64,000 nucleotides of DNA from Euglena gracilis (lineage: Eukaryota), in contig CP154954.1 of assembly GCA_039621445.1 (NCBI GenBank), positions 32,202,012 to 32,266,011 on the forward strand, written 5' to 3'. This document shows positions 1 to 11,600 of the stretch, piece by piece. A model generated the notes under the pieces. It searched no databases, had not been told where the DNA came from, and worked only from the letters and a program-made list of their open reading frames with translations. The translations under genes and the position numbers were made by a program. The number at the start of each line of letters is the position of its first letter. The stretch's first letter is position 1.

Positions 1-2846
1 GCCGACCAGCCGCCGAAGGACGGCGCTGCCCTTTTTTGGGGGTCAGGGGGGGGGGGCAACTTTTGGAAGTTCCACCTGTGCACCAGTGGTGTCTGATGGC
101 TTTGGGGGACACCCATTGCTGCCTGGCCTGACTGTCACGTGCGAAGGTGGCTGTCCTTCTCGGGGGGGGCATTTTATGACTGTTCTCAAAGCCCCTGGGG
201 TTCCTCCACGGAACCTCAGCTTGGGGTGTAGGTTGGAATATCCCCAAAGGGTGCCTTGCAGAACCACATGGGGCGTCCGGGAAGGACGGGAAGAGCAGCG
301 CCCGCCGAGACATGAGGCCCAGCCCGCCGGGGTCCTCCAGCGGAGTGGGCTTGCTGGGGTCTGGCCGGGTCTGGGCCATAGCATTGCTTAATAACCAGCC
401 TGGGGGGGTGGGCAGGGGAGGTTTATTCACCAGCCCACTTTCAACCCCCCCGGGTGGGGACTGGGGGATCACTCCAGCCACTCAAGACAAACTGGTTCAA
501 AACCTCACGCTGATCAACGTCAAAAAAGCTTTCATTTACATCGCGGGGCACTTGCGGCCGACCCCACCCACTCCGAGGGGTCCGGGGCCCAAAAACCAGT
601 CAGCCATCCCCTTGGGGGGGTCCAGCGCATCCCGAGCAATGCAGTGGTCCGGGCCGCGGCCTGGGCCGCCCCAACGGGCCGCTGGGCCGGGGGTGGCTGG
701 GTCGACGGGGGCGGGGGGTCCGGCTGGTGGACGCCGTGGAGGCGGCGGGAGGCGAGCCCGAGGCCGAGGCCCGGGTCGGCCGGTGTGGCGCTGCCCGGGG
801 CGGGGCGGGCCAGCGGGGCGACGGCGGAGGCGCGGCCGGGGCCGGCGGGGGCCGGGGCGGGGCGGGGCTGGGGAGGGGGGGCGGCGGAGGGGGACGGGGG
901 GAGGGGCCGGCCGGCCAGGCTGGCGGAGAGGTCGGGGGCCGGGGCGGCTGACGTGCGGTGTGGCCCCAAAGTGCCCCGGGCATACACGTGGGTCTGTTTG
1001 CTGGGGGGGCATCCATGGGTAGAGAGGAGGGAGGGGAATACATGGGGGGGGGCTGGTGCACACGACAGGGTTCTACGGGGATGTACTACTACTATGTCCG
1101 CAGCGGCCGGGACAAAGAGGAAACAAAGGGCCGACATGAAGTTTCGCAGGAAAGCAGGGTCTTTCATCCTTCGGGGGCTGCCTGTCTGAATCAATTCCAC
1201 CCACCCCAGTAATCCCCCCAGTGGGGGATGGTGGTGTGTGCTTTGCCTTTTGGCCACAACAAGGATGGATATTGGATATCGGCCCATATCGGGTTTATCG
1301 AAAACCTTGAATTTATGGGGTCCCAAAAAAATATCGTGAAATATCGGCTTTTATTGGGGGGGGGGGCAACGTACTTTTTTGTTCTCTCTTTTTTTGGGGC
1401 GACTTTGGGATTCTCCAAATCACAAAAATGAGGATATCGGGGCACAAAATGATCATATCGGTTTTATCAACCTTTATCGACGATATCGGGGCTTCAATCC
1501 ATCCAAATTTATCGCGACCTCCAAAAACCAATATCAATATCCATCCTTGGCTACGATAGTTTGCTGCTGCCAAAGCACAGTGACACAGAGCAGCCCCGGA
1601 GAAGAGCTGACAGGTGGACGGTTGGGCAGGGGGGCGAGGGCGGTGGACTTAGCTGGTGCACGCATAGGAGATGGCATCGAGGGGATGGGAGGGGGACCGC
1701 CTTGAAGACATGGGGTGAAACTGGGACTGTGCGTGTGCGTAAGAACTCCAATGCAACGATGAAGAGACCATCTCACATGGATGAAATCATACGCACACAC
1801 ATGTTTGCTTAACCTTGATTTGTGAAAAGGTGTTAAATACTCATTCGTTTATGGACACACACAATTACTACCTAACCGCCCCCCCCCCCCCCATACCGAA
1901 AGAAACACTGAAGGAAATAATAAACCCCCCCGTATTATTATCTAGACATTCGGAATTGGGGTCCAGGGGGGTTGATTATTTTGGGGGGGGTTCGTTACTT
2001 GGGCGAAATTTTCGAAGTCAAACATGCACCACCAAGAGGCAATACAGGGGACTTTTTTTGGGCATTTTGGGGCTCCTTTGAAAATGGACGAACTTTGGAA
2101 CATAATTTCTGCACCAATTTCCTCCATGTTTGTGTTTCTTTTTTAACCATTCTGTTGATTTCCCCTCTTCATTGCCTTTATGGTTGTCGGGGGATTATTA
2201 TTTGGGGATTTTTTGGGGGTTACAATTTACATTTCCATGCACACCTGCTGAAAAAAAAAGGTGCTCTGCCAACCTCCAATTTTTTGAAAGTTGTCCAACA
2301 ACCCAAAGCCCCTACAAGTGAAGAGTACCTGAAAGGGGAATTTCAATTTCTTGAATACTGAAGGGTTTTGGTTTTGACCCCGAGGGGGGACACACTTCTC
2401 TGCCTCTCTGCAAAAAAAATCCCTGCTCAACCCTGGCACCTCCACCCTCACTTGCTTGTGAACAACGAGCACAAACAAACAAAAATTATGCATTTGTGTC
2501 CATGTGGGTGCTTGCATGCACACGTGAGGTCATGCGTGCGCCTGTGCCATGTGTATCTGCGTGTGACAAACACAGTCGGCCCGATAGTTGGTCAACGGGG
2601 TCCATTCAGGACGTCCCCGGTGCTGCCGAAGCTGCCCGGCAGGCTGCGGTGGGCGGAGCCGCCCCCCGGGGACGCCCGGTCCGCCCACACCCCCGGCGCG
2701 GAGGGGGCGGAGCCCGTCCGCGGCCCGCCGGCCGCCTCCTCCCGCGACGACCCGAGCGCGCCGAACGTGCGGGAACGCTCGCCGAGGCTGCGGCTGGCGG
2801 AGGACGGGCGGAGGGCGGGCCATCCGAGGCCGACCCCCGACGCCAT
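1..2846 (-). CDS. Spliced gene for a Pro/Ala/Ser-rich low-complexity protein; continues off the left edge of the window
   Basis: Phase-consistent exon chain 2597-2846 (MASGVGLGW...GDVLNGP), 1587-1700 (GPPPIPSMPSP...GLL), 650-947, 268-371 (TRPDPSKPTPLEDPGGLGLMSRRALLFPSFPDAP) and 1-30. All introns are GT-AG except 372-649. Third codon positions are GC-rich. The ATG at 2846 is uncertain. Confidence 0.6.
372..649 (-). other. Nonconventional intron formed by a hAT-like MITE (377-646)
   Basis: Inverted ends CATAGCATTGCT...AGCAATGCAGTG are flanked by GTCTGGGC (369-376) and GTCCGGGC (647-654). Removing the element plus one copy joins AAQAAAR|TRPDPSKP in frame. Confidence 0.7.
1260..1549. mobile_element. 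MITE with a perfect 15-bp TIR and repeated GATATCGG/CATATCGG motifs
   Basis: CAAGGATGGATATTG ... CAATATCCATCCTTG; no clean TSD. Confidence 0.65.
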
Positions 2847-3329
2847 GTTGTGCACAACGATGGCACATGCTGGACATGGATGTGGGGCGGTGTTTTTTTT
2901 TTGGCTGTGGGTAGACAGAAGGTGGAGTGGAGGACGGAACACCAGCCAGCCGTCACCAACCCTGGCAGGTGGATGGGGTCGGACCCCCCCCCCCCTGAGG
3001 GGTGGGACCCCTACCGCCTAAACAGTGGCGTGGTCAAAATGAAGGATTTTGGGCGTTGGGCTGAAAAATCCCCCCATATGGACCCAAACTGCAATTTTGG
3101 GCAGGTGTTGGGCAAAATTCGTCAAAATTGCCAAAAAAAATTCGGTGTAAAGCGCCGGAAGCTGAAAATTGAGGGTCTGACTACCTCCCTGGGATCGGTC
3201 CAGACACTTTGGCTGGTGGGGCGGCCAAGGAGGGGGTAGATCCACTACCTAAAGCCGTGGCACCCTCCTAGCCCCGAACCCTGGTCCCCGACCGCAACCC
3301 CAGCTGAGTTTGCACCTTGGGGGGGGGGG

Positions 3330-3448
3330 GGTTGGGCCCGCCCTCGGCACTGACTGCAGTTCGATGTCGGTCGGCCGGCCTCCGCCCATTGACTCCAGCA
3401 GGCTGGCCTGCAGGCCTGCCGGACACTCCCGGCCCCGCGGCGACGCCC
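3330..3448 (-). CDS. Probable exon (ASPRGRECPAGLQASLLESMGGGRPTDIELQSVPRAG); gene assignment unclear
   Basis: GC-rich island with GC-rich third positions in this frame and an upstream AG; frame not confirmed. Confidence 0.35.
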
Positions 3449-3499
3449 TCCCATCAACAACAGCAGCAGCCACCCCCAACCTCCCAATCCTCGAAATAC

Positions 3500-4015
3500 A
3501 TATGCTGTGTATAATGTGTATGTATATGTGTATATGTATATGTATATGTACATGTATGTACACGTATATGTACACATGTACATATACGTATACGTATACA
3601 CATATGAATATTTGTATATATATACGTATATACATATACGTATATATATACATATACGTATACACATATGAATATGTGTATATGTATATGTATATGCATA
3701 TGCATATGTATATGTGTATGTGTATAGGTATGTGTATGTGCATATGTTTATGCATATGTATACGTATATGCATACGTGCATGTATATGTTTTTTTGCATA
3801 TACTTATGTGTGTATATGTATATGCATACGTGTATATGTATTTTTTACTTATATGTATTTGTATGTGTACATGTATATGTATCTGTATATATATCTGTAT
3901 CTGTATCTGTATTCATATACGTATATGCATATGTGCATGAATCTGAACATATATATATATATATATCTGCATCTGTATCTGTATAATATATGTATATGTA
4001 CATGTATATGCACAT
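3500..4015. repeat. Degenerate (TATATG/TGTA)n microsatellite
   Basis: Seen directly; the complementary (CATATA)n tract lies at ~4737-5038. Confidence 0.9.
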
Positions 4016-4017
4016 GT

Positions 4018-4144
4018 GGCAGGCGGGTAGCAGGGGTGCCCGGGGGCCCCCCTGCTACCCGCGACCCTGCACTGGGTTAGGGTTAGGGTTAACAGGCCCC
4101 GCGGGTAGCAGGCCCCCCCGGGGGGGGGCTGCTACCCACTTGCC
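4018..4144. mobile_element. Small GGCAG...TTGCC element in a TA-rich microsatellite, with internal GGGTTA repeats
   Basis: TIR GGCAGGCGGGTAGCAG / CTGCTACCCACTTGCC; internal gggttagggttagggttaa. Confidence 0.6.
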
Positions 4145-4505
4145 GTATATGTATACGGGGACAATTGTATGTGAAATATTAAATAAAGTTTTGGACGAAG
4201 ACTGCAGATCCAAATTATTTTAGTGCTTTTTAATTTTTTTCCTTTGTAGGACTTGTATTGTGCTCTTGAACATTTGGTCTGTTATCTAAATCTGGTTGTG
4301 GTTACGCTTATGCACCACAAGTGAGTCGATGCGGTAGCGATGTGCATCAACCCTCCCAAATGAGAACCTGTGGACTGCCAACAGTAAGACTATCCCAAAA
4401 GTTCAGACCCCTGGCGGCACCAGGTGCCAGAGGTGATGAAGGTGTTCTTTGGACTTTTATCGAAAATCCAAATCCCAACTTCAGGCGCACAAAAGACAAA
4501 TATAT

Positions 4506-4552
<47 letters not shown>

Positions 4553-4736
4553 TGTATATATATAAAAATTGGGATAGTCAAGCCCTGGCTTGCCGGGTTG
4601 CGAAAACTTTATTATCACTGACTGCCAGGGGGTTTCACAGCCTGGGGAGCTGCTTGCTGGGGAAAATGAGTGCTGGCTGGGAGCCCCCCCCCCCCCAGGA
4701 AAAAAAGGTAGGGTCTGGACAAAAAAAATTCCCTGA

Positions 4737-4857
4737 TACATATGCATATGCACATACATATACATATGCGTATGCATAAACACATACATATACATTTACA
4801 TACACACCTATGCATATATATACATATACATATACGTATAGACATATACATATACAC

Positions 4858-4912
<55 letters not shown>

Positions 4913-5038
4913 ACATATACATACACATGTACATACACAAATATGTATGCATATATGGATGCGGATACGTACACACGTGCATTCACAAATACATATACAC
5001 ATACACACATTACATTATACGTACACACACATGCATGT
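4737..5038. repeat. (CATATA)n microsatellite
   Basis: Seen directly; a (TA)n tract also lies at 4500-4563. Confidence 0.9.
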
Positions 5039-5619
5039 AAACCAAATTCAAACTTTTTTTCACGCTTGTGTCCAATTTCCACCAGGTGCTCCGCACAATG
5101 CTGTTGGTGCCATCAGGCGCAGCCGCGGCCGAGGCAGCTTGCCAGGGATTGTTTGGGCCACAGACATTCCTGGTGGTGGGCCATTGAGGCCGGGGCTAGG
5201 CGAAAACACAATCCACCCCCAAAATCTAAAGCGGTGCCTGAAACGTTGAAAATAAAACCGAAAACGTTGAAACACCAAACATTGGAAACCAGACAAGTTT
5301 AATCAACAAAAAAAATGCCAGGAGTCAATGAATTTCTGGCACAGAAAAAATGTGCGAGAAAAGAACAGGGCTTTCAATGGTTTGGAACATAAATCCTAAG
5401 CTAGGAATGCGTGAAAAATTTTCACTTGCTCTGAGGACAACGGTGGACTACCAAATTTTATCAAGCATTTACTTTAGACCCTCATTTGGGGGAATCGGAC
5501 TAGATGTTTTCAGAAGGCTGCGCCCACGCTCAGGCACCCACCCCCACCCCCCCACCCCCATTCTCACCACCCCCACACCACACCCAAACCCACACCCCCA
5601 CCCACGCACCCACCCACAC

Positions 5620-8600
5620 ACAGACCGCCCCTCCCCGGGCGAACTGCTGGTCCAGCCTCCGGTGCAGGGCCTCCAGCCGCTTCTCCGGGGGCAGCTGCGC
5701 CTCCCGCTGGGCGGTGCGCCGCGCCTGGGTCTCCCGCCGCCGCTGCATCCGCCGGATGCGGTCCGCCACGCCGCCCCACTCCTCCGCCGGTGTGCCGGCC
5801 GGCGGACCGGGGCCTGTGCGGGGGAAGGTGGGGGGAGCAAAGCCTGCCACTGTCCCCCGCGCAGTTTTGCTTAAAGACCGAGGTCTTTAAGCAAACCATT
5901 TTCCGAGCCAATGGGGAAAAAAGCCACTGGCTAGACCCCTCGGCTGAAACCCCCTGAAATGGGGGAAAAAAGCTCCTCCGGCGCTGTGTGTCAGAGGCAG
6001 AAATGGGACTTTCAGGGCGTTGTTGGGCTAATTTTGTTCAAAAAAATCCCGAATTGCCAAAAACGGTCATTTGGGGCAGGCGTTGGGCTGTCAAAAAAAT
6101 CCACAAACTGGCCCTGCTGGCGCACCCCCCCCAGGGGTCCACTAGAAATTCCACAAGCCAAATTTGAACTTGCTGCAGTCGAGCCCCCCCCCCCTGCTGA
6201 GGGGTACTGCAGACCCTTGAGCAGAAGCCTGGTCCCTCACCCCCCACCCCACCAAGGCTGGTGGAGACTTAAAGGTGGGGGGTTTCCCTCCCGCCCAGCC
6301 CAGTGCAGGCCAAACTGCACAAAGCGCACCCCAAAATGTCATTTGTGTTTTTTTATGTTTTTTTGGATTTTAGGATCTTTTCTTAGCTTTATGAGCAAAG
6401 AAAAAAATATCGAAAACAATTCAAAGATCAAGATTTTTGACACAAGATTTTTTCTTCAAAGCAATACTAGAAAAACCACAAAAATATTTAAAAAAATTGC
6501 ACTTAAAGTGCAATTTTATTCATTTTATTCAATGACACTTTTATCTATTTTCACTCCACATTTTCTTTATTATTGGCTTTTAAAAAAAAACGGCGAAAGA
6601 AAGGGTTCCTGAATTTTTATGGATTTACGGCAGCCCCATGACACAAAACCCCAACGTCGCCCAAATGGAGCTCAAAAAACCCAGACGACAATCCAACAAA
6701 CGACCAAACACGAAACTGTGGAACAAATATCTGTGGGGTTTAGCAGCTCTGCATTTTTGCGCATTAAAAAACACCTCTGGAAATGGGGTGGATTTCCTGA
6801 TTTGCTCAGACCAGGGTTTTTCAAGAGAGAATTGTCTGTTGTTCACCTTTTGATTTTATTTTTGCACTGCGGTGCATAAATTTTGGTTGGCTTAATTTTG
6901 TCTTCCTAGCAAACCACATGGCAGGTTGAAGCAATTGTGCTTTGGTGCCAAGAATTTTGTCTTCCTAGCAAACCACATGGCAGGTTGAAGCAATTGTGCT
7001 TTGGTGCCAAGCAATGCCACATTTTCTTCGTCTTGGCTGTTGTATGTCTGTGCGTGTTTGCACTTTTCTTTTTGCCCATGGACGCCTCAATGAGCCCGTG
7101 TCTTTCGTGTTTCGCCGAGTTTTGTCAATTTGTTTTTGTTGACGGATCACGTGCCACATTGGTTATTTTTTTTAAATGTATTTTTGCTTCGTCCCCTTTG
7201 CCCAATATTGGACCAAGGCAGAAACAGCGCCCTCACCAATCTATGGTATGCTGATTTGTGGACCGCCAAGAGATTTAGACTAGGGCTGGATAGAGGTAGA
7301 GGTCGAGGTCAAAACCTCTACCTTTATCTGACCCACCTCCACCTCAACCTCTACCTCTATGTCACCTCTATGTCCATAAAATGTCATAAAATGGCACAAA
7401 AAAGGGTCATAAAACACCCCAAAATGCCTCAAATGTGGCAAGTCTCATCAAAACACATCCAATTAGGGTCGGAATGAGAATGAGAAATATTATCCAGGTG
7501 GGTGGTTTTGAAAGTTGTCATCAGAGATATGTGAAATGACCCCAAAAATGAGCAAAAGTGTGCAAAGTGAGCAAGCACAGAACCGAAAGCACATTCCACA
7601 CATGTGGAATCCAGCGCCAACTTGTATCGCATAGATGCCCATGGAATCTATTGAACAAATTGCTTTGTGAATTTTTTCGAAAATCTTTCCAAATGAGCGA
7701 AAATGGTCACAAAGATAAAGAATGGCATAAAGCATCAGCTAAAAAAATGCACACAAAAAACAAAATGGTGTAAAATGACCTGAAATATTTTGCACTTGCT
7801 CATTTTGACCAAGCAAAGCCCAAAAGCCCCAAATCAGCTCAATATTGACCCAAATTTGTCAAAATGGCCCCAGATTCACAAAAACCGAATCCAAATCGCC
7901 AAAATGGGCATAATATCAGAGACAAGTGAAATAATCCCTCATAAATCCAAAAAAATGACGTGGTTCGGGCTTGAAGAACATGGGTGTGTGAGGGGGAGAT
8001 GAACCAACAGAATCACCCCTTGGCAACCCTGTCGCTGCACCAGACCACACCCTGAAACACCTGCAGGGGGGCAGTTCCCCCTCACTGAAGGACGTGAATT
8101 CTTGCCTTGACACCTGCCGTCGCTGAGCCCAGGGTTTTCCACGCTGCTCTTGGAACAACGCTGGCAGCAACCGGCCCATCACCTCCGCCGGGTGGGGGAC
8201 GGTTGCACGTGCGTTGTGAGGTGCTCCACACGTTCATAAAAGCAGCATAGGCTGGGCTGGGCACTGGACTGCAGCAGGTGAAGTCGAATGCGCAGGCGCG
8301 CATTCTGTTTTGTTCAATGACTTGACGACACCTGCAGCACCGCCCCAGAGCATGCATGGCAGCACACAGCCAATGGCCGCACTGACCAACCTTACGTTGG
8401 GCTGCAGTGCATGGTGCAAGGAGCACTGTGCCCCACAATTAGGGTCAAAGCAGGGGATTGCGTCTGGTTCCACACACATGGTGCTCACGGGGTTGGCACC
8501 TTGAGAGTGAAACACGCCTATCACCACCTTCGGCATCATTCCCAAAAACGGTCTGTAAACACAGAATTATTTCACAATCAAAATGGACTCAAAGAAGTGA

Positions 8601-11600
8601 ACGCGATTGGACAGTCCTTGACCAAAAATTCTCCAGGCCCTTGAGACCGTGAGTCAGGCACAAGCACATCACAAAAGAAAACGACCGATAGAACCGACAA
8701 TTTTTCCCTTCCTGCTTGTTCTGTGTATTCCACTGTGTCGCACCATGGACAATGGATGAGAAAGGGACTTCAGTGCCCAAGGAAATTCCTCAGTGACGGG
8801 CACCCTAATTCCCAACTGCGGTCAGCAGTCTTTCATGGCATGAGTGAAAAGACGGTGAATGCACACATGCGCAAAAAAGCGTCTTGTGCCTTTCTTTGAA
8901 TTACAGCCACACTGCTGAATTTTGTACACCCAGGTGGGCCTGCCACCACCCACGCTCACTCCCCCCCCACCAGGCCTGGGTTTAAAACCACATGGCTGAA
9001 ATATAGACCTCCCTGTGAGGATCGAATGGTGTCCGAGGACAAAGCAACCCTGAAGCGAAACACGGCAGGGGAGGACCACCGCCTGTGGCCTTGTTGGCAA
9101 CAAACGTCACCCACCACACAGATCCCTTTTTTATCATGTACTCAGAGTCGACGCTCCAGCACTCAAAGCCACACAACCCCTGGCCGCTGTGAAGACCAAG
9201 GAAAGCACATATGAAGACACTTTCTCCACACACCCCATCTGCAATGGTTGCAGTCAAACATGGCACATCGGGGTGAATGCGCACATGTGCATTCCCTTCT
9301 TGTGTCTCACCTTAAGGCACCCTGGTAGGAGGTTGCTATGCAGGGCCATGCCAAACAACTCAGCACACAAGGTGGAGGCAGCCCAGGAGACGTCAACCCT
9401 ACTGGCGGCATCCACCTTTGCAATGAGATGCCTCTGAAATCGCTAACAAAAAGGGTGTAGCCCTGTCACAATGCTGCGCTAGCACTGGGTTCAGGAGTGC
9501 AAGACACAGCTCCCCACAACACAGAGAATGCGCACATGCGCACTCCCCCTCACGGAATGCGCAGGTGCGCACTCTTGTGGATGCCCAGCGCTGCTCCCCT
9601 CCTGCTTTTCTGCAGATAGAATCACAGCCAGCCAGCGAAGGAATGGCCTCAAGAGTGCGCACGTGCGCATTCTTGTGCCTCATGCAACCTCGGAGAGGAG
9701 CCATTTTATGTTGTTTGTGAGGGCTGTTCTGGTGGGTGTAGTCTGTGGCAAAAAGAATTGAAGTGGGGCTGCGTTCTGTAGCTTTTAAAACCAGTGACAC
9801 ACAAGAAAGGAGTGCAAACCAGCCCCCCCCCCCTCCATACCCAGCAGCCCATCCCAAACGTCAGACCTAAACACAGGTGGTCGCACATGGTGATGTGCCG
9901 TGGTGCCTATGAGAAGGCATGCGGGACGGACTGCGGGTGCCACTGGAGGGATGCTGTGCCTGCATGTGTCAAGGAGGGGCGCAGTGCACCGTGTGCAATG
10001 CAAACAGCAGGCAGCCTAACGAAAGGTAACGAGCCCTCCCCTACAGACATCTGGTGTGGATTTAAACATACCCTCCCCACCACTCTCTGAATGCAGACTA
10101 CAGGCACAGAACAAACCTTCGCTAGCGCCCCCTTGTGCCCTGCTTCCAACACAGGGTACAGAACCTCCCCTCCAGTCTAACCGTAGAGACCACAATGCCC
10201 CCTTCCCACCCCCACCCCCAGGAGCCACAATAACTGAAACTTCAGGAAAAGTCCGGGAGGGGAGGGGGGTGAATGCACACCTGCGCATTCACTGGGCACC
10301 ACAAAACAGGGGGGACAGCGACAGGTACAACAGCTTCACCTGACGAGGGTTCGCCCTTGCGATACAGCGTTTCGTGTCGCACCAACTTCGGCAGACGGGG
10401 GTTTCCACACGGTCGGCGGAGGTGGTAAACCGTCATTTTCAAAACGAAAAAAGTCGGTTTACCCAGAAAAAAACCCGGGGGTCGAAAGCAGTGGTACTAA
10501 TTTTGGTACCACGGGTTCCAGCTGACGGGTGCGCCGCCCCGTCAAGTGATGGCGACACATTTGGTCAAAAAAGAATGTGCAGGTGCGTAAAAAGCCACCA
10601 AAAATGAAAAGTGCATTCCCGGCCGTTTAAATAAACATTCCAAGACACACTTCTTAAAGGCGTCAAAGCAAAGCTTAAAATTTAATAAAATCCCACTTCT
10701 TTTGTTGCCTTGCTTTTTTTGTGTCCTTTTTGAGCAAATAAAAAGAAAACTAACCAGAAAAAAGTTCAGAAATGGGAGAAAATAAAATAATAATAAAATA
10801 ATAAAATATAAATAAACGGGAACAAATGAAATATAAATACATCTGTTCAAACCTTCAAAAGTTAAACTACCGAGAAAAAAGATCGATGTCGATGGGGGGG
10901 GGGGCAGGCACCCAGGAAAGCGAGGGGCACACCGTGGCTCGGGACAGGCTGTGGCGCACTGTCGTTCATCCAGGCATGAACCGTGCGGCTGGCGTCGGTT
11001 ACAGGGCGCTGACCGGTCTTCCCCCAACCTCAACGTGTCTTGGCCTGTTTTTCAGTCGTTTCGGTTGGTTCGTTGGCTCAGCCGGTACAGCGTTTCCAAT
11101 GCATCATAATGGATGGCGAAAAAGAAACGATGAAAATTTCAGATCAGCGGAAAATGCGGTATGCAGAAGATGGCATGAGCGGAAAATCGAATGTTGAAAA
11201 GATTCCAAACCTTCTGTCTGTGAAATTCAAATTTTAAACTGAATTAGGAGTCACCAAAACAGAATTCTGAATTTTCAAACAACAAGTGGTGAACTTCACA
11301 GAAAGCGTGATGAATTTCTATAAAAACTTTTTTGGAAGGACTGGGAGGGTGGTTCTCTGGGTCAACCCTGGGTGTTTGGGTCGGGTGGGGGCGGCAGGCT
11401 GGGCGGGGCCCCCGGCCCCGGCATCGGCGACGGGGCAGGCGGCGGTGGGTTGCGGCGGAGGTACTCCTCCATGGGGGTGGGGGCGGCGGGGTCCGGTGGG
11501 GGCCGGTCCAGGCCATGGGCCGCCATCGCCTGCGCCAACACCGTCGACACGTTGACGGCCGGCCACCGGGCGAGCGCTTTGCTGGGGGGGGGGGCAGGGC

